NCBI GenBank assembly: GCA_963796105.1
Contig: CAWCKJ010000003.1
Span: 112,567 to 176,566, forward strand
Direction: 5' to 3'
Length of the DNA stretch: 64,000 nt
DNA from: a candidate division FCPU426 bacterium
GTDB lineage: Bacteria > Oederibacteriota > Muellerivitia > Muellerivitales > Muellerivitaceae
Positions within the stretch are counted from its first letter, which is position 1. Each line of letters opens with the position of its first letter. A program made the position numbers and the translations under genes. Positions 29,225 through 38,210 of the stretch are shown one piece after another. A model generated the notes under the pieces. That model did not search any database and had not been told where the DNA came from. It saw nothing but the letters and a program-made list of their open reading frames with translations.

Positions 29225-31135
29225 ATGCTTCGTGTAAAACTACTGCTGACTATTTTTACACTTATTGCCCTTGCCGCGTTAGGATTCGGCGCCATCCATG
29301 CCGAGGAAAATGGATCTCAAAAAAAATCCTACGCGAAGTCAGCGCCGGGCCATCCGAATTTCGCACCTGGGTTGGTGGTTTTGGAACTGAACAAGGGAGC
29401 GGATTTGATGGCGGCTCAACATGAAGTGGAATCCCTTGGCTACAAGGTCAAGCGCGCCTCCAAATGGAGCGGGACCCTGGTGGTTCAGGTTCAAGCCGGA
29501 GAGGAACTTCAATTTGTTGATTATTTCAAGAATCATTTCCTTTTTAGGAGGGTCTTGCCGGACTATCTCGGCGTTCCGGATGTGACAAATTACGTACCGT
29601 TCTCCTACCCGAATGATCCCGCCTATTCGGCGAATGCCAGCAGTTCTTCAGGTCAAAACGATTGGTATTTGAACCAAGTGGGAATAGACGAAGCATGGAA
29701 CGATCCTGATCCCTGGATGTCCAATGCGTCCAAGGGTCGATCTAGCGCCGTCATTGCCATTGTTGATACCGGTATCAATCTCGTCCATGAGGATGTAACT
29801 TCTCATTTATGGAGGGATCCCGGTAGCGGGAATCTCGGCCACAACTTTGTTGATGCATCAACGAGCATTTCAGATGTGTCTGGGCACGGCACTTATGTCA
29901 CGGGAGTGGCTTCTGCTAATACCGACAATGCCCTAGGAGGGGCCGGCTTTTGCGTCAACTGCACGGTGATGGTTTTAAGGGCCAGCTCGGACGAGACCGC
30001 AAGCGATTCAGTGCCGTTTGCCGACGCCATCAATTACGCTGTGCAAAACAAAGTCATGGCCATTAATCTGAGCTGGTCTTTTCCGCCCGGCACATTTCAA
30101 ACCTACTGCGCCGACGCTTGGAAGGCGGGAAGCCTTGTGGTGTCCAGCATGGGAAATTCGGGCGACAACACCCAATACAGTCCCGCTGGGGACACGAACG
30201 CGTTGGGGATCGGCGCTACCGAGCCCGCCGGGAACCTGTCTCCCTATTCTTCATTTGGGGCCTGGGTCGGAATGTGCGCGCCGGTAGGCCAAATCGCCAA
30301 TGGGGACGGGGTGTTTACGGATGGGGTCACCTGCGGTTCAAACCCATGCGGGGATCCTTGCACAAGTTGTTATGTGGTCGCGGACGGAACGAGTTTTGCC
30401 GCTGCGCAAGTCAGCGCCATGGTCGCCATCCTGGCGGATTTGGGTCTGTCCAACGACGACATCGTTAACCGCCTCTATAAGACAGCTGAACATCTGGGCG
30501 CTTCCTATCCCAATACCCTGACCGGCTGGGGAAATTTGAACGCCTACCGCTGCTTGGCTTCTTGCAGGCCGCCATCGTCCCTGACCGCTGTGGTTTCCTC
30601 AACCGGGGTGAGTCTTGCGTGGAATCCCCCCAGGACCATCGCTTTCGCGACCAGCGAATATATTATTCTGCGTTCAACTGTCCCGGGAGGGCCTTACATT
30701 CAAGTGGGTCAAACGTCCAATGGGAACACCACTTCCTTCATCGACCTGAGCGCGATGACAGGGAAGAGTTATTATTACGTTGTCAAAGCCGTGGATAGCC
30801 AGCAATTGCAGACTCTTCCCTCGAATGATGTGTTACTCATCGACGACGGGCCGTCTTATCCATTCTGCCCGGTTCTTTTTCCCAACCCACTCAAAGAAGC
30901 CTCTCCCTCGTGGATTTATCTGTCGGGCAAGAGTTCTGGGTCCATTCAGGTTCAAATATACACAACTGCATTTCGAAAAGTGAACGAGGTTTCTCTTTCA
31001 ATCGGGGAGTCGGGTAACTACGGGCCATTAGAGCCGAAGGATTGGTGGAACAAACCATTGGCTAATGGTCTTTATTATCTGCTTATTACAGGAGAGGGAA
31101 AACATTCGCTCCGGAAATGGCTTATCATTAAATAA
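29225..31135 (+). CDS. secreted subtilisin-like (S8) serine protease with T9SS-type C-terminal sorting/FlgD-Ig-like domain
   Basis: Start taken at the internal Met with signal peptide MLRVKLLLTIFTLIALAALGFGAIHA. Catalytic triad contexts IVDTGIN (Asp), HGTYVTGVASA (His) and GTSFAAAQVSAMVA (Ser). C-terminal roughly 85 aa: LFPNP..WIYLSG..IQVQIYT..NGLYYLLI..KWLIIK. Confidence 0.8.
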   Translation: MLRVKLLLTIFTLIALAALGFGAIHAEENGSQKKSYAKSAPGHPNFAPGLVVLELNKGADLMAAQHEVESLGYKVKRASKWSGTLVVQVQAGEELQFVDYFKNHFLFRRVLPDYLGVPDVTNYVPFSYPNDPAYSANASSSSGQNDWYLNQVGIDEAWNDPDPWMSNASKGRSSAVIAIVDTGINLVHEDVTSHLWRDPGSGNLGHNFVDASTSISDVSGHGTYVTGVASANTDNALGGAGFCVNCTVMVLRASSDETASDSVPFADAINYAVQNKVMAINLSWSFPPGTFQTYCADAWKAGSLVVSSMGNSGDNTQYSPAGDTNALGIGATEPAGNLSPYSSFGAWVGMCAPVGQIANGDGVFTDGVTCGSNPCGDPCTSCYVVADGTSFAAAQVSAMVAILADLGLSNDDIVNRLYKTAEHLGASYPNTLTGWGNLNAYRCLASCRPPSSLTAVVSSTGVSLAWNPPRTIAFATSEYIILRSTVPGGPYIQVGQTSNGNTTSFIDLSAMTGKSYYYVVKAVDSQQLQTLPSNDVLLIDDGPSYPFCPVLFPNPLKEASPSWIYLSGKSSGSIQVQIYTTAFRKVNEVSLSIGESGNYGPLEPKDWWNKPLANGLYYLLITGEGKHSLRKWLIIK

Positions 31136-31310
31136 AGACGTTTAAAGCTGTTTGCATTGAGATTCTCAAAGGAAAGTTTTAGAAAGGGAATAGAGAGGGA
31201 AATGGAGAGATTGGAAAAAAGCTTAAGCATTTGACACAAGTCGTTGAAACTCACCTGGAATTATCAAGGAATGAGAGAGAAAAAAACAAACTAGAAAGGA
31301 AAAAAACGAT

Positions 31311-31535
31311 TTAAATTCCTTCGAAAAGTTTGTTAATCGGGCAACCCAAGGCTTTGTGGATCTTGACAACGTTCTTGAGCGTAATGCTTCTTTCGCCGCG
31401 CTCCACAAAACCAATAAAGTTCGCCGCCAAACCAGCCTTGTCGCCCAAATTTTCCTGGGACCAACCATGCATTTTACGGTTTTTGCGGACGTTCTCCCCG
31501 AATTTAAGAATGATTTGCTTATCTGTTTTCTTCAT
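31311..31535 (-). CDS. XRE-family helix-turn-helix transcriptional regulator
   Basis: 74 aa. ..WSQENLGDKAGLAANFIGFVERGERSITLKNVVKIHKALG is a cI/Cro-type HTH_3 domain. It lies inside a very AT-rich segment. Confidence 0.7.
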   Translation of the reverse strand: MKKTDKQIILKFGENVRKNRKMHGWSQENLGDKAGLAANFIGFVERGERSITLKNVVKIHKALGCPINKLFEGI

Positions 31536-31846
31536 GTGTAAATGCTAAGACTTCCCACCGAGTGATATCAACTACCTAGAAGTATTATTTAAAAATTAAA
31601 CCCGCGAATTTTTACCTTATCTGAGTAATTTAAAAACCCATAGTCCGATGAATACTAGTTTCATAAACAAGTCGCTTTTTGTAACCTGTTAAACTAGATT
31701 CATTAAGAATATGAAAAAAACATTTTGGCTTCATTTGATTTTTTACCTTCCTAAAATCATTTTCCGGAGTTTTCCGCGCCTAGAGGTCTACTGGATTTTA
31801 GACCTCATCCTGTAGTGTTTTAAATCGTTGAAATAAGATGTTGCTT

Positions 31847-31862
31847 GATAGGTTGACCTATC
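31847..31862. promoter_or_regulatory. palindromic operator-like site (GATAGG-N4-CCTATC) in the XRE / zinc-ribbon divergent region
   Basis: GATAGGTTGACCTATC lies about 65 nt upstream of the 31927 ORF. A second inverted repeat, GAGGTCTA-N8-TAGACCTC, lies at 31783-31806. Confidence 0.35.
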
Positions 31863-31926
31863 AGGTGCAAGATACCTTTACCTGCCATTTCCTTTAACGG
31901 ACTGGCATGTGAAGGAGTAAAGCCAT

Positions 31927-32199
31927 ATGAAATCCGTTAGATATCCAGAAACTATTTTCTGCGAGGAGTGCAACGGGCATACTCGAATGGTGGACTGTCG
32001 GGTTTTGAGCCGGAAATCCAAGGGAAAAACACAAGTCGAATTTGATTGTGTTTGCGTGGATTGCGGCCACCGTGAATCAGTCGCTAGGGACGCTGAGTAT
32101 CTCCATTTCAGCGAAAGGGAATTTTGCGCCGCCAAGGGCCTGCCTGATTTCAAGAACAGGGCCAAGGGTGCTGGAGTTGTTTTTATCCTTCATAAATAA
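31927..32199 (+). CDS. small zinc-ribbon protein (CxxC..CxCxxC)
   Basis: 90 aa containing FCEECNGH and, about 25 residues later, CVCVDCGH. No assignable family. Confidence 0.45.
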   Translation: MKSVRYPETIFCEECNGHTRMVDCRVLSRKSKGKTQVEFDCVCVDCGHRESVARDAEYLHFSEREFCAAKGLPDFKNRAKGAGVVFILHK

Positions 32200-32306
32200 T
32201 ATTTTCTGCGTCACCTGAGAAAGACCCCTGCCTTCTTGTGAACACGTATCAAGAATCCCGGATGTAGAAACTTGTTCGCTATCACGCTCCCGATGGACAG
32301 TGGGAC

Positions 32307-33104
32307 ATGGGGAGGAGGGCAAACGAAGGCGCACTCCTCGGTGGAAGTCCTTGGGATAGTGCCATGAATTCCTACGGAGAAGCTTTTTCGGCGTTTTATG
32401 ACGACCAATTCGGGAATTACTCTGAAAAGGCCGCGCCGATTCTTCTGCGTTTTTTCTCAAACCTGATACTCTCTAAAACAATTCCCGAGATCTTGGACCT
32501 GGGCTGTGGAACCGGACGGATCGCTTTTCATTTCCTGGAGGCGGGTTATTCCTTCACGGGCCTTGATCTCTCCTCGGATATGCTTGACCTTGCGCGCGCG
32601 CGTTGCTCGCACTTGTTGGCGGGCCGGAACGCGACATTCCTTCAACAAGACATTTCGGGATTCTATCTAACAGACAGTTTCGGGTTAGTCCTTTCTACTT
32701 ATAACGCCGTCAACCATTTGGAGGGTGCGAGGAATCTTCAGGAGTGTTTCCAATCAGTTAGACCATGCCTGGTTAAAGGTGGTTGGTTTATTTTTGATTA
32801 TCACACGATAAAAGGGCTCGAGCAATGGAGCGTTTCTGAAACCTCCCATTTTGACAAAGGAGAGTTGAAAACATCAGGAATCTTCTACGCAGAAAAAGGG
32901 TTGGCGCTTTTGAACCTCAAGGGTTCCTACGGAGGTTCGAGCATTGATGAAACTTTCCAAAACTTTTCGATTCCCTTAATAGAGCTGAATGATCTTCTGA
33001 AAAGTGGGGGCTTTAACAGGATAGTTTATTCCAAGATGGATGACCTGGGCGCAGTTGTCGAGGAACCAGTCTGCGAAAACCGAATCGTAGTAATGGCCTC
33101 CTAG
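32307..33104 (+). CDS. class I SAM-dependent methyltransferase (small-molecule/generic type)
   Basis: Motif I ILDLGCGTGRIA plus an acidic post-I residue. No DNA-methyltransferase DPPY/NPPY motif. Confidence 0.7.
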   Translation: MGRRANEGALLGGSPWDSAMNSYGEAFSAFYDDQFGNYSEKAAPILLRFFSNLILSKTIPEILDLGCGTGRIAFHFLEAGYSFTGLDLSSDMLDLARARCSHLLAGRNATFLQQDISGFYLTDSFGLVLSTYNAVNHLEGARNLQECFQSVRPCLVKGGWFIFDYHTIKGLEQWSVSETSHFDKGELKTSGIFYAEKGLALLNLKGSYGGSSIDETFQNFSIPLIELNDLLKSGGFNRIVYSKMDDLGAVVEEPVCENRIVVMAS

Positions 33105-33189
33105 AATCGGAAATATTCCGGGAGTTAAATGAATTTTTCTCATTATTTTTCGATTAAAATAACATCTTCTCCATTTAGTCGGAAAGGAA

Positions 33190-34131
33190 ATGATTATTTA
33201 TCTGGGAAGCCAAAAAATGTCGAAACCCCTCTCGGGATTCGGCGGTTATATTCAACTCTTGACCCGCGCTGTTGGTTTGGCCTTAAGGCATTCTGCCGGC
33301 CGGCCCCGGGCCTATAAGAGGCTGATCGCGAGCTCGCTCGCGTTCAAATCGGTGCTCGCCCTAGTGCCAGTTCTCGCCATCCTCATGGCGGTTCTCGCGG
33401 GAGAGGCCTTCACCGAAAAACGAGAGGCTATCCTCGACCGGATCGTGGATGTGATTTATCCCGTCGATAACCTCGATAACGACAAGACCTTGGACCCGTC
33501 GGAAAAGCAAAACCTAAGGGAAATGAACCAGGTGGGGAAGAGGCAGATTCGACGCTCTATCAAGAAATTTGCTGAACATTCGAAAAAGGTCGGCTGGACC
33601 GGTTTGTTGGCTTTCGCGGTGGTGGTGTTTCTTTTGCTGCGAGACGTTGAAACGTCCTTTAATTTTCTTTGGGGGGTGAGCCGTGGAAGACCTCTTCCTT
33701 CTCAGTTCGTAAGGCATACCCTATTGTTTCTGGTTGGTCCGTTGATGCTGATCTCCGTCATGACAATGAAAGATTGGTTCCATGGCTGGGGGATCGTCAA
33801 GCCCTTCTGGAATGGGTGGTTCCTTTCTGTCGGAGTGCCATTCGTCTTTCTCTGGGCAGGATGCGCGGCCATGTACGCCTGGATTCCCAACGCCAAGGTC
33901 GGCCGAAAAGCGGCATTGTCCGCGGGGTTCCTAGCGGCTTTTCTCCTGGAGGTCGGACGGCGGGGGATGAACTATTACACGGTTCATGTGATGGATCATT
34001 CGAAGGCCTACGGGGCCCTTTGGACTTTTCCGGTCATTCTCCTATGGCTTTATGTTTCCTGGACACTGATTCTCTTCGGCGCCGAGGTGTCGTTTTACCT
34101 CCAAAATCCACCCTCGCCTGGGAATCATTAA
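33190..34131 (+). CDS. YihY/BrkB-family inner-membrane protein
   Basis: About 6 TM helices with family-typical spacing (..AFKSVLALVPVLAILMAV.., ..LLFLVGPLMLISV..). Confidence 0.55.
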   Translation: MIIYLGSQKMSKPLSGFGGYIQLLTRAVGLALRHSAGRPRAYKRLIASSLAFKSVLALVPVLAILMAVLAGEAFTEKREAILDRIVDVIYPVDNLDNDKTLDPSEKQNLREMNQVGKRQIRRSIKKFAEHSKKVGWTGLLAFAVVVFLLLRDVETSFNFLWGVSRGRPLPSQFVRHTLLFLVGPLMLISVMTMKDWFHGWGIVKPFWNGWFLSVGVPFVFLWAGCAAMYAWIPNAKVGRKAALSAGFLAAFLLEVGRRGMNYYTVHVMDHSKAYGALWTFPVILLWLYVSWTLILFGAEVSFYLQNPPSPGNH

Positions 34132-34163
34132 ATTGCAGGGTATCTATATTTCGGGGTAACCAT

Positions 34164-35063
34164 TTGCGGAAAATCACAATTTTTATCTTTTTTGCGGTGC
34201 TTTATGTACTTCAGTCTGCTGGGGCCGCCCAGGAGGAGGTACGATACCTTGTTTCATGCTCACTGAATGTATCAGCCGACAGTGTCTTAAATATTTACCT
34301 GAACAACCATCTTGTGGACCGGGTTTCCCATATGAGTGTTTTAACCGGACCTCAAACCATCATCAGCCGTCCCTCCAGCCTCTGCTTTTTCCAGCATGAG
34401 AATATCCTGGCGTTTGAACTGGCGGGCCCGGCTTTCCGACCGGCTCTGGCATATGAAACCTATGGGTTCGCCTATTCGATGGATTTGGTATTCTCTGACG
34501 GCAGCCGCAGGGTTCTCACCAGCAGTGAAAGGAACCAGCATTTAAGTCTGTATCTCCAGGACAAATTGATAGGAAATCCCCGCGACTGGGAAACCCTTGA
34601 ATTCAACGAATCTGGATGGCAGATTCCCTATACATCCGCTTCCATTCCGGGGCTGCCTGAAGTATGGAACCAGCAATCTGGCATTCCTGCAGGTTATCTT
34701 TCGGCATCCAAGAAAGTTCCCTTGGGAGAGGGCGGTGGTGACCGCCAACTTTTTCGCAGGAAATTCCTGCTGGAAATGGCCCCGGCGCCGCAATGCGGGG
34801 AATCCAAAACCGCCGCTAATCTTTTTATTTCTTTCGAGGAAGGGCCTGGAATTTACAAGGTTGAGATCCTGGACATGGAGGGCAGGCACATCAAGACGCC
34901 TTTTCAAAAGAAAGTGGTCAGAAAAACAAACGCTTGGGTTCCCTGGGATGGAAAAAACGAGAAGGGGGAACCGGCTTCCTCTGGAACCTACCAAGCCGTT
35001 TACACCAAGGACGGATCCCCCTTGAGAACCACCGATTTTACCATCGACATGACGAATCCCTGA
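34164..35063 (+). CDS. secreted protein with C-terminal FlgD-Ig-like domain
   Basis: The listed ORF 33669.. overlaps yihY in another frame. An in-frame TTG at 34164 gives MRKITIFIFFAVLYVLQSAGAAQ, a signal peptide. C-terminal ..YKVEILDMEGRHIKT..WDGKNEKGEPASSGTYQAVY.. is FlgD-Ig-like. Confidence 0.5.
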   Translation: MRKITIFIFFAVLYVLQSAGAAQEEVRYLVSCSLNVSADSVLNIYLNNHLVDRVSHMSVLTGPQTIISRPSSLCFFQHENILAFELAGPAFRPALAYETYGFAYSMDLVFSDGSRRVLTSSERNQHLSLYLQDKLIGNPRDWETLEFNESGWQIPYTSASIPGLPEVWNQQSGIPAGYLSASKKVPLGEGGGDRQLFRRKFLLEMAPAPQCGESKTAANLFISFEEGPGIYKVEILDMEGRHIKTPFQKKVVRKTNAWVPWDGKNEKGEPASSGTYQAVYTKDGSPLRTTDFTIDMTNP

Positions 35064-35100
35064 AGGATGAGTTGGCGGGAGAGGCCTCTGGGTGAACGAC

Positions 35101-36390
35101 TTATTGGGAATCTTTGCGCAGGGACAGCGCTAGAAAACCCGCGATAAGAAGTGTCAGGGCCAGGACTAGCATTCCGTTTTCGAAGCGGTGGGTGGCTTCC
35201 CTGACGATTCCAATGATGTTGGGCCCGACGAATCCGCCGATATTTCCCACGGAATTAATCAAGGCGATACCGCCCGCTGCCGCCCTGCCGCTTAAGAATA
35301 CCGTGGGCAGGCTCCAAAAGGGTCCCAATGTGCTCCAGATTCCCGTGGCTGTCAGGCAAAGGGTGAGGAAGGCCAGCAGGGGATGGTTTTGCTGGAATAG
35401 GGCGCCCAGCAGGAGCCCCAGGCAGGCGCTGAAGCATGAAACTGCCACGTGCCAACGGCGTTCCCCCGATTGATCCGAATGATAGGCGACCCAGACCATT
35501 CCCGCAGAGGCGCAAAGGTAAGGGATGGCGGACAAAAGGGCTGCGGTTGTGTTATCGAGCCCCGAGAAATTCTTCAAGATTTGGGGCAGCCAGAAGGCTA
35601 CTCCGTAAAAACTGATGATGATTGAAAAATAAAGAAGGCACAACTTCCAGACCCTAGGGTGCGCCAGGGCCTCTCCCAGTTTCAAAGGATGCCGGTTTTG
35701 AAGCTCCCGGCGCTCCCGATCCATGGTTTCCTCCAGCCATTTTCTTTCATTCTGGGACAACCATGAAGCGTTTTTCGGCCTGTCGGTCAGGTAAAAATAA
35801 GTCACGAAGCCCAAGATGAAAGAGGGAAGTCCTTCCAGAAGAAAAAGCCATTGCCAGCCCTGCAGGCTCCATGCACCCCTCAAGCTTAAAAGGAACGCGG
35901 AGAGAGGACCCCCAACAACACCTGCTAGGGCAGTGGAAGTCAGGAAAAGCACGAAGGCCCTGGCCCTTTCACGGGCCGGAATCCAGAAGGTAAGGTAGTA
36001 GAGGATACCTGGAAGGAAGCCGGCCTCCGCGGCTCCCAAAAGAAACCGGAGGGTATAAAAAACCGAGGGGTTTTTCACCCACAACATGCTACAGGAGAGA
36101 ATTCCCCAGGTCACCATAATGCGGGTGATCCAGAGACGGGCACCGACTTTTTCCAATATTAGGTTGCTGGGGATCTCGAAAATCACATAGCCAATAAAAA
36201 AAACACCGGCCCCGAATCCATAAACCGCGTCGCTGAACCCCAGGTCCGTCTTCATATCCAGCGCCGCGTAGCTGATGTTGAAACGGTCCAGGTAATTCAG
36301 GATATAACAGAGAAATAGAAAGGGAATAAAACGCCGCTGAACTTTCGACGGGATGTTTGATAATATATTCGATGGACTTTGGTTTTGCAC
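35101..36390 (-). CDS. MFS transporter
   Basis: 12 predicted TM helices with the MFS signature region ..LNYLDRFNISYAAL..G..G..F..Y. Confidence 0.75.
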   Translation of the reverse strand: MQNQSPSNILSNIPSKVQRRFIPFLFLCYILNYLDRFNISYAALDMKTDLGFSDAVYGFGAGVFFIGYVIFEIPSNLILEKVGARLWITRIMVTWGILSCSMLWVKNPSVFYTLRFLLGAAEAGFLPGILYYLTFWIPARERARAFVLFLTSTALAGVVGGPLSAFLLSLRGAWSLQGWQWLFLLEGLPSFILGFVTYFYLTDRPKNASWLSQNERKWLEETMDRERRELQNRHPLKLGEALAHPRVWKLCLLYFSIIISFYGVAFWLPQILKNFSGLDNTTAALLSAIPYLCASAGMVWVAYHSDQSGERRWHVAVSCFSACLGLLLGALFQQNHPLLAFLTLCLTATGIWSTLGPFWSLPTVFLSGRAAAGGIALINSVGNIGGFVGPNIIGIVREATHRFENGMLVLALTLLIAGFLALSLRKDSQ

Positions 36391-36490
36391 AATTCCCCGA
36401 AACCTTTGACTGACTAGAGGATAGCCCCCATTTTAGCAACCCCCGCCGCGAGGCGGTAATTCGGCAGGCGATGGAAAAACGATAACTTTC

Positions 36491-38005
36491 ATGAAGAAAC
36501 CATTATCTTATGTGTCACGAAACCCCAATTACAATCCAGATAAACTGTATCTTCTGTTTTGGCTCCTATTCGTGCTCGGGTGTTTGGCTTTAACATCCGT
36601 CGAATTCATTCCTCTCTTCCAACGCCTTATCTGCCCTTTCCAGGTGAATCAAGGAGAGGCCATTAATGTGGAGTTTTCCAGGGTATTATCCAGGGGGGAG
36701 GGCTTATATCATGACCCTAATATCAGCCCTTACTTGCACGCCGCCTATCCTCCGGTTTTTCCGATCCTTGAAGACTGGCTTTCCAAGGGTCTACCGGGTA
36801 CATGGTTTCCTGGAAGATTGCTGGCGTTTTCCGGCTATCTGGGCTGCGCCCTGGCGTTGCTGGTGTGGGGATGGAGCAAGGGACCCATCGCTCCAGCTGC
36901 GGGATTGGCGGTCTTGTTTCTTCTTTCCCCTACCTGGGCCGCTTGGGGAACTATGGTCCGGGTGGATTGTTTCGTAACCGCCATTGTTTTTATTTCATTC
37001 CTGCTTTTGAAAAAAGCGGATCGGTTAAAACTTGAAAACTGGAAAAAATTATTTCTTCTGATCACTGCGGGTTTTCTTACTGCGCTGGCTGTCTTTTGCA
37101 AACAACCCGCAATCACTCTTGTGATCGCCTTTGGTTTGACCTGCCTCCTTGAAAAAAAGTGGAAGGATTTTTTATGGTTTGGGGCAGCCTTCGGAATTCC
37201 TTCTCTCTCGTTGGTTTTCTATCTTCAGGACAGATCACAAGGATTTTTTTGGAAGCAAACTGTCCTTTGGGTTTCCAATTATGGCTTCCAGCCTGACCTT
37301 CTGGTTTATTACTTGAAAAACAGCTTCATGCCTGAATGCGGGTGGCTTCTGGCAGGTGTGATCCTGACTTTTTTGTTTAAAAAAACATCCCTCTTCACCG
37401 AACTACAAACGCTGATGGCCCTCTTGACTGTTTTAGGTTTAGCCCATAAAGCCAGCGCGGAAAATTATTACATGGGATTTATTTTGTTCGGTCTATTTTT
37501 CATAGGAGAAGGGTGGCTGGGTTGGGAAAAGGGTGTTCCTCGGGATTTGGAGGGGAAATTGCGGAAAGAGGATGAATCGCCGATTAGGATTTCTTTATAC
37601 ACAGGTTTTCTTTTCCCTATGATCCTCATTGCGGGACTTATTTCCTTCAATCTCGGTCCGTGGCCTCGTGTTCCATCTGCTTATGAAACTCAGTCCAAGG
37701 AAGAGGTTTTGACCCTCTACCGCCAACCTGGGGAGTATTTGGCCTTGGATTTGGACCTTTTGGTGATGGCGGGAAAGCGGATTTTGGTCCAGCCGGCTGA
37801 ATATACAGGTTTGGTGGAAAAAGGATTATGGAGTTCCGCTCCGCTGGTTCGGGATATCCGGGCTAAAAAATTTGCGACCATTGAATTGTACGACATCCCG
37901 AGGCAATACTTGCTTCCGAATGAAGTGACGGATGAAATCAATCTTTCCTATCGGGTGTTTTTAACTAAGTTCGGCCGTAAGTGGTATATCCCCAAAAAAG
38001 ATTAA
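36491..38005 (+). CDS. hypothetical polytopic membrane protein (possible GT-C-type glycosyltransferase)
   Basis: At least 10 predicted TM helices over 504 aa. AT-rich codon usage relative to the core genes. No confident family. Confidence 0.35.
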   Translation: MKKPLSYVSRNPNYNPDKLYLLFWLLFVLGCLALTSVEFIPLFQRLICPFQVNQGEAINVEFSRVLSRGEGLYHDPNISPYLHAAYPPVFPILEDWLSKGLPGTWFPGRLLAFSGYLGCALALLVWGWSKGPIAPAAGLAVLFLLSPTWAAWGTMVRVDCFVTAIVFISFLLLKKADRLKLENWKKLFLLITAGFLTALAVFCKQPAITLVIAFGLTCLLEKKWKDFLWFGAAFGIPSLSLVFYLQDRSQGFFWKQTVLWVSNYGFQPDLLVYYLKNSFMPECGWLLAGVILTFLFKKTSLFTELQTLMALLTVLGLAHKASAENYYMGFILFGLFFIGEGWLGWEKGVPRDLEGKLRKEDESPIRISLYTGFLFPMILIAGLISFNLGPWPRVPSAYETQSKEEVLTLYRQPGEYLALDLDLLVMAGKRILVQPAEYTGLVEKGLWSSAPLVRDIRAKKFATIELYDIPRQYLLPNEVTDEINLSYRVFLTKFGRKWYIPKKD

Positions 38006-38150
38006 GGGTATTTTCAACCTGACAAGTGAAGAGTTTGGATCGGTTTTTCTTATTTAGATTTTCATCTTTTCTTGGATACTACATTTCCAAATCATTTTGA
38101 ATGAGTTTGAAAAGAAAATTTATAACTTTAAAGCCCGTTTTCAATGGGAT

Positions 38151-38159
38151 TGTTATAAT
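38151..38159 (+). promoter_or_regulatory. extended -10 promoter element TGTTATAAT upstream of GH57 gene
   Basis: TGnTATAAT at 38151-38159, about 50 nt upstream of the ATG at 38211. An AAGGAG RBS sits at about 38193. Confidence 0.35.
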
Positions 38160-38210
38160 CTTGGCTCATCCTTTGGTTAACAACGACAAATAAAGGAGTT
38201 TTGAGGGATC

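Noticed and set aside
31311-33104. Possibility that the XRE regulator plus adjacent methyltransferase form a restriction-modification system with a C-protein controller
   Set aside because: The methyltransferase has only a generic class-I SAM motif I (LDLGCGTG) and lacks the DNA-MTase DPPY/NPPY and target-recognition features. No endonuclease candidate is adjacent.
33669-34163. Upstream 165-codon extension of the FlgD-Ig protein ORF overlapping yihY in another frame
   Set aside because: It would imply about 460 nt of two-frame overlap with a well-supported membrane protein. An in-frame TTG at 34164 yields a textbook signal peptide immediately downstream of the yihY stop.
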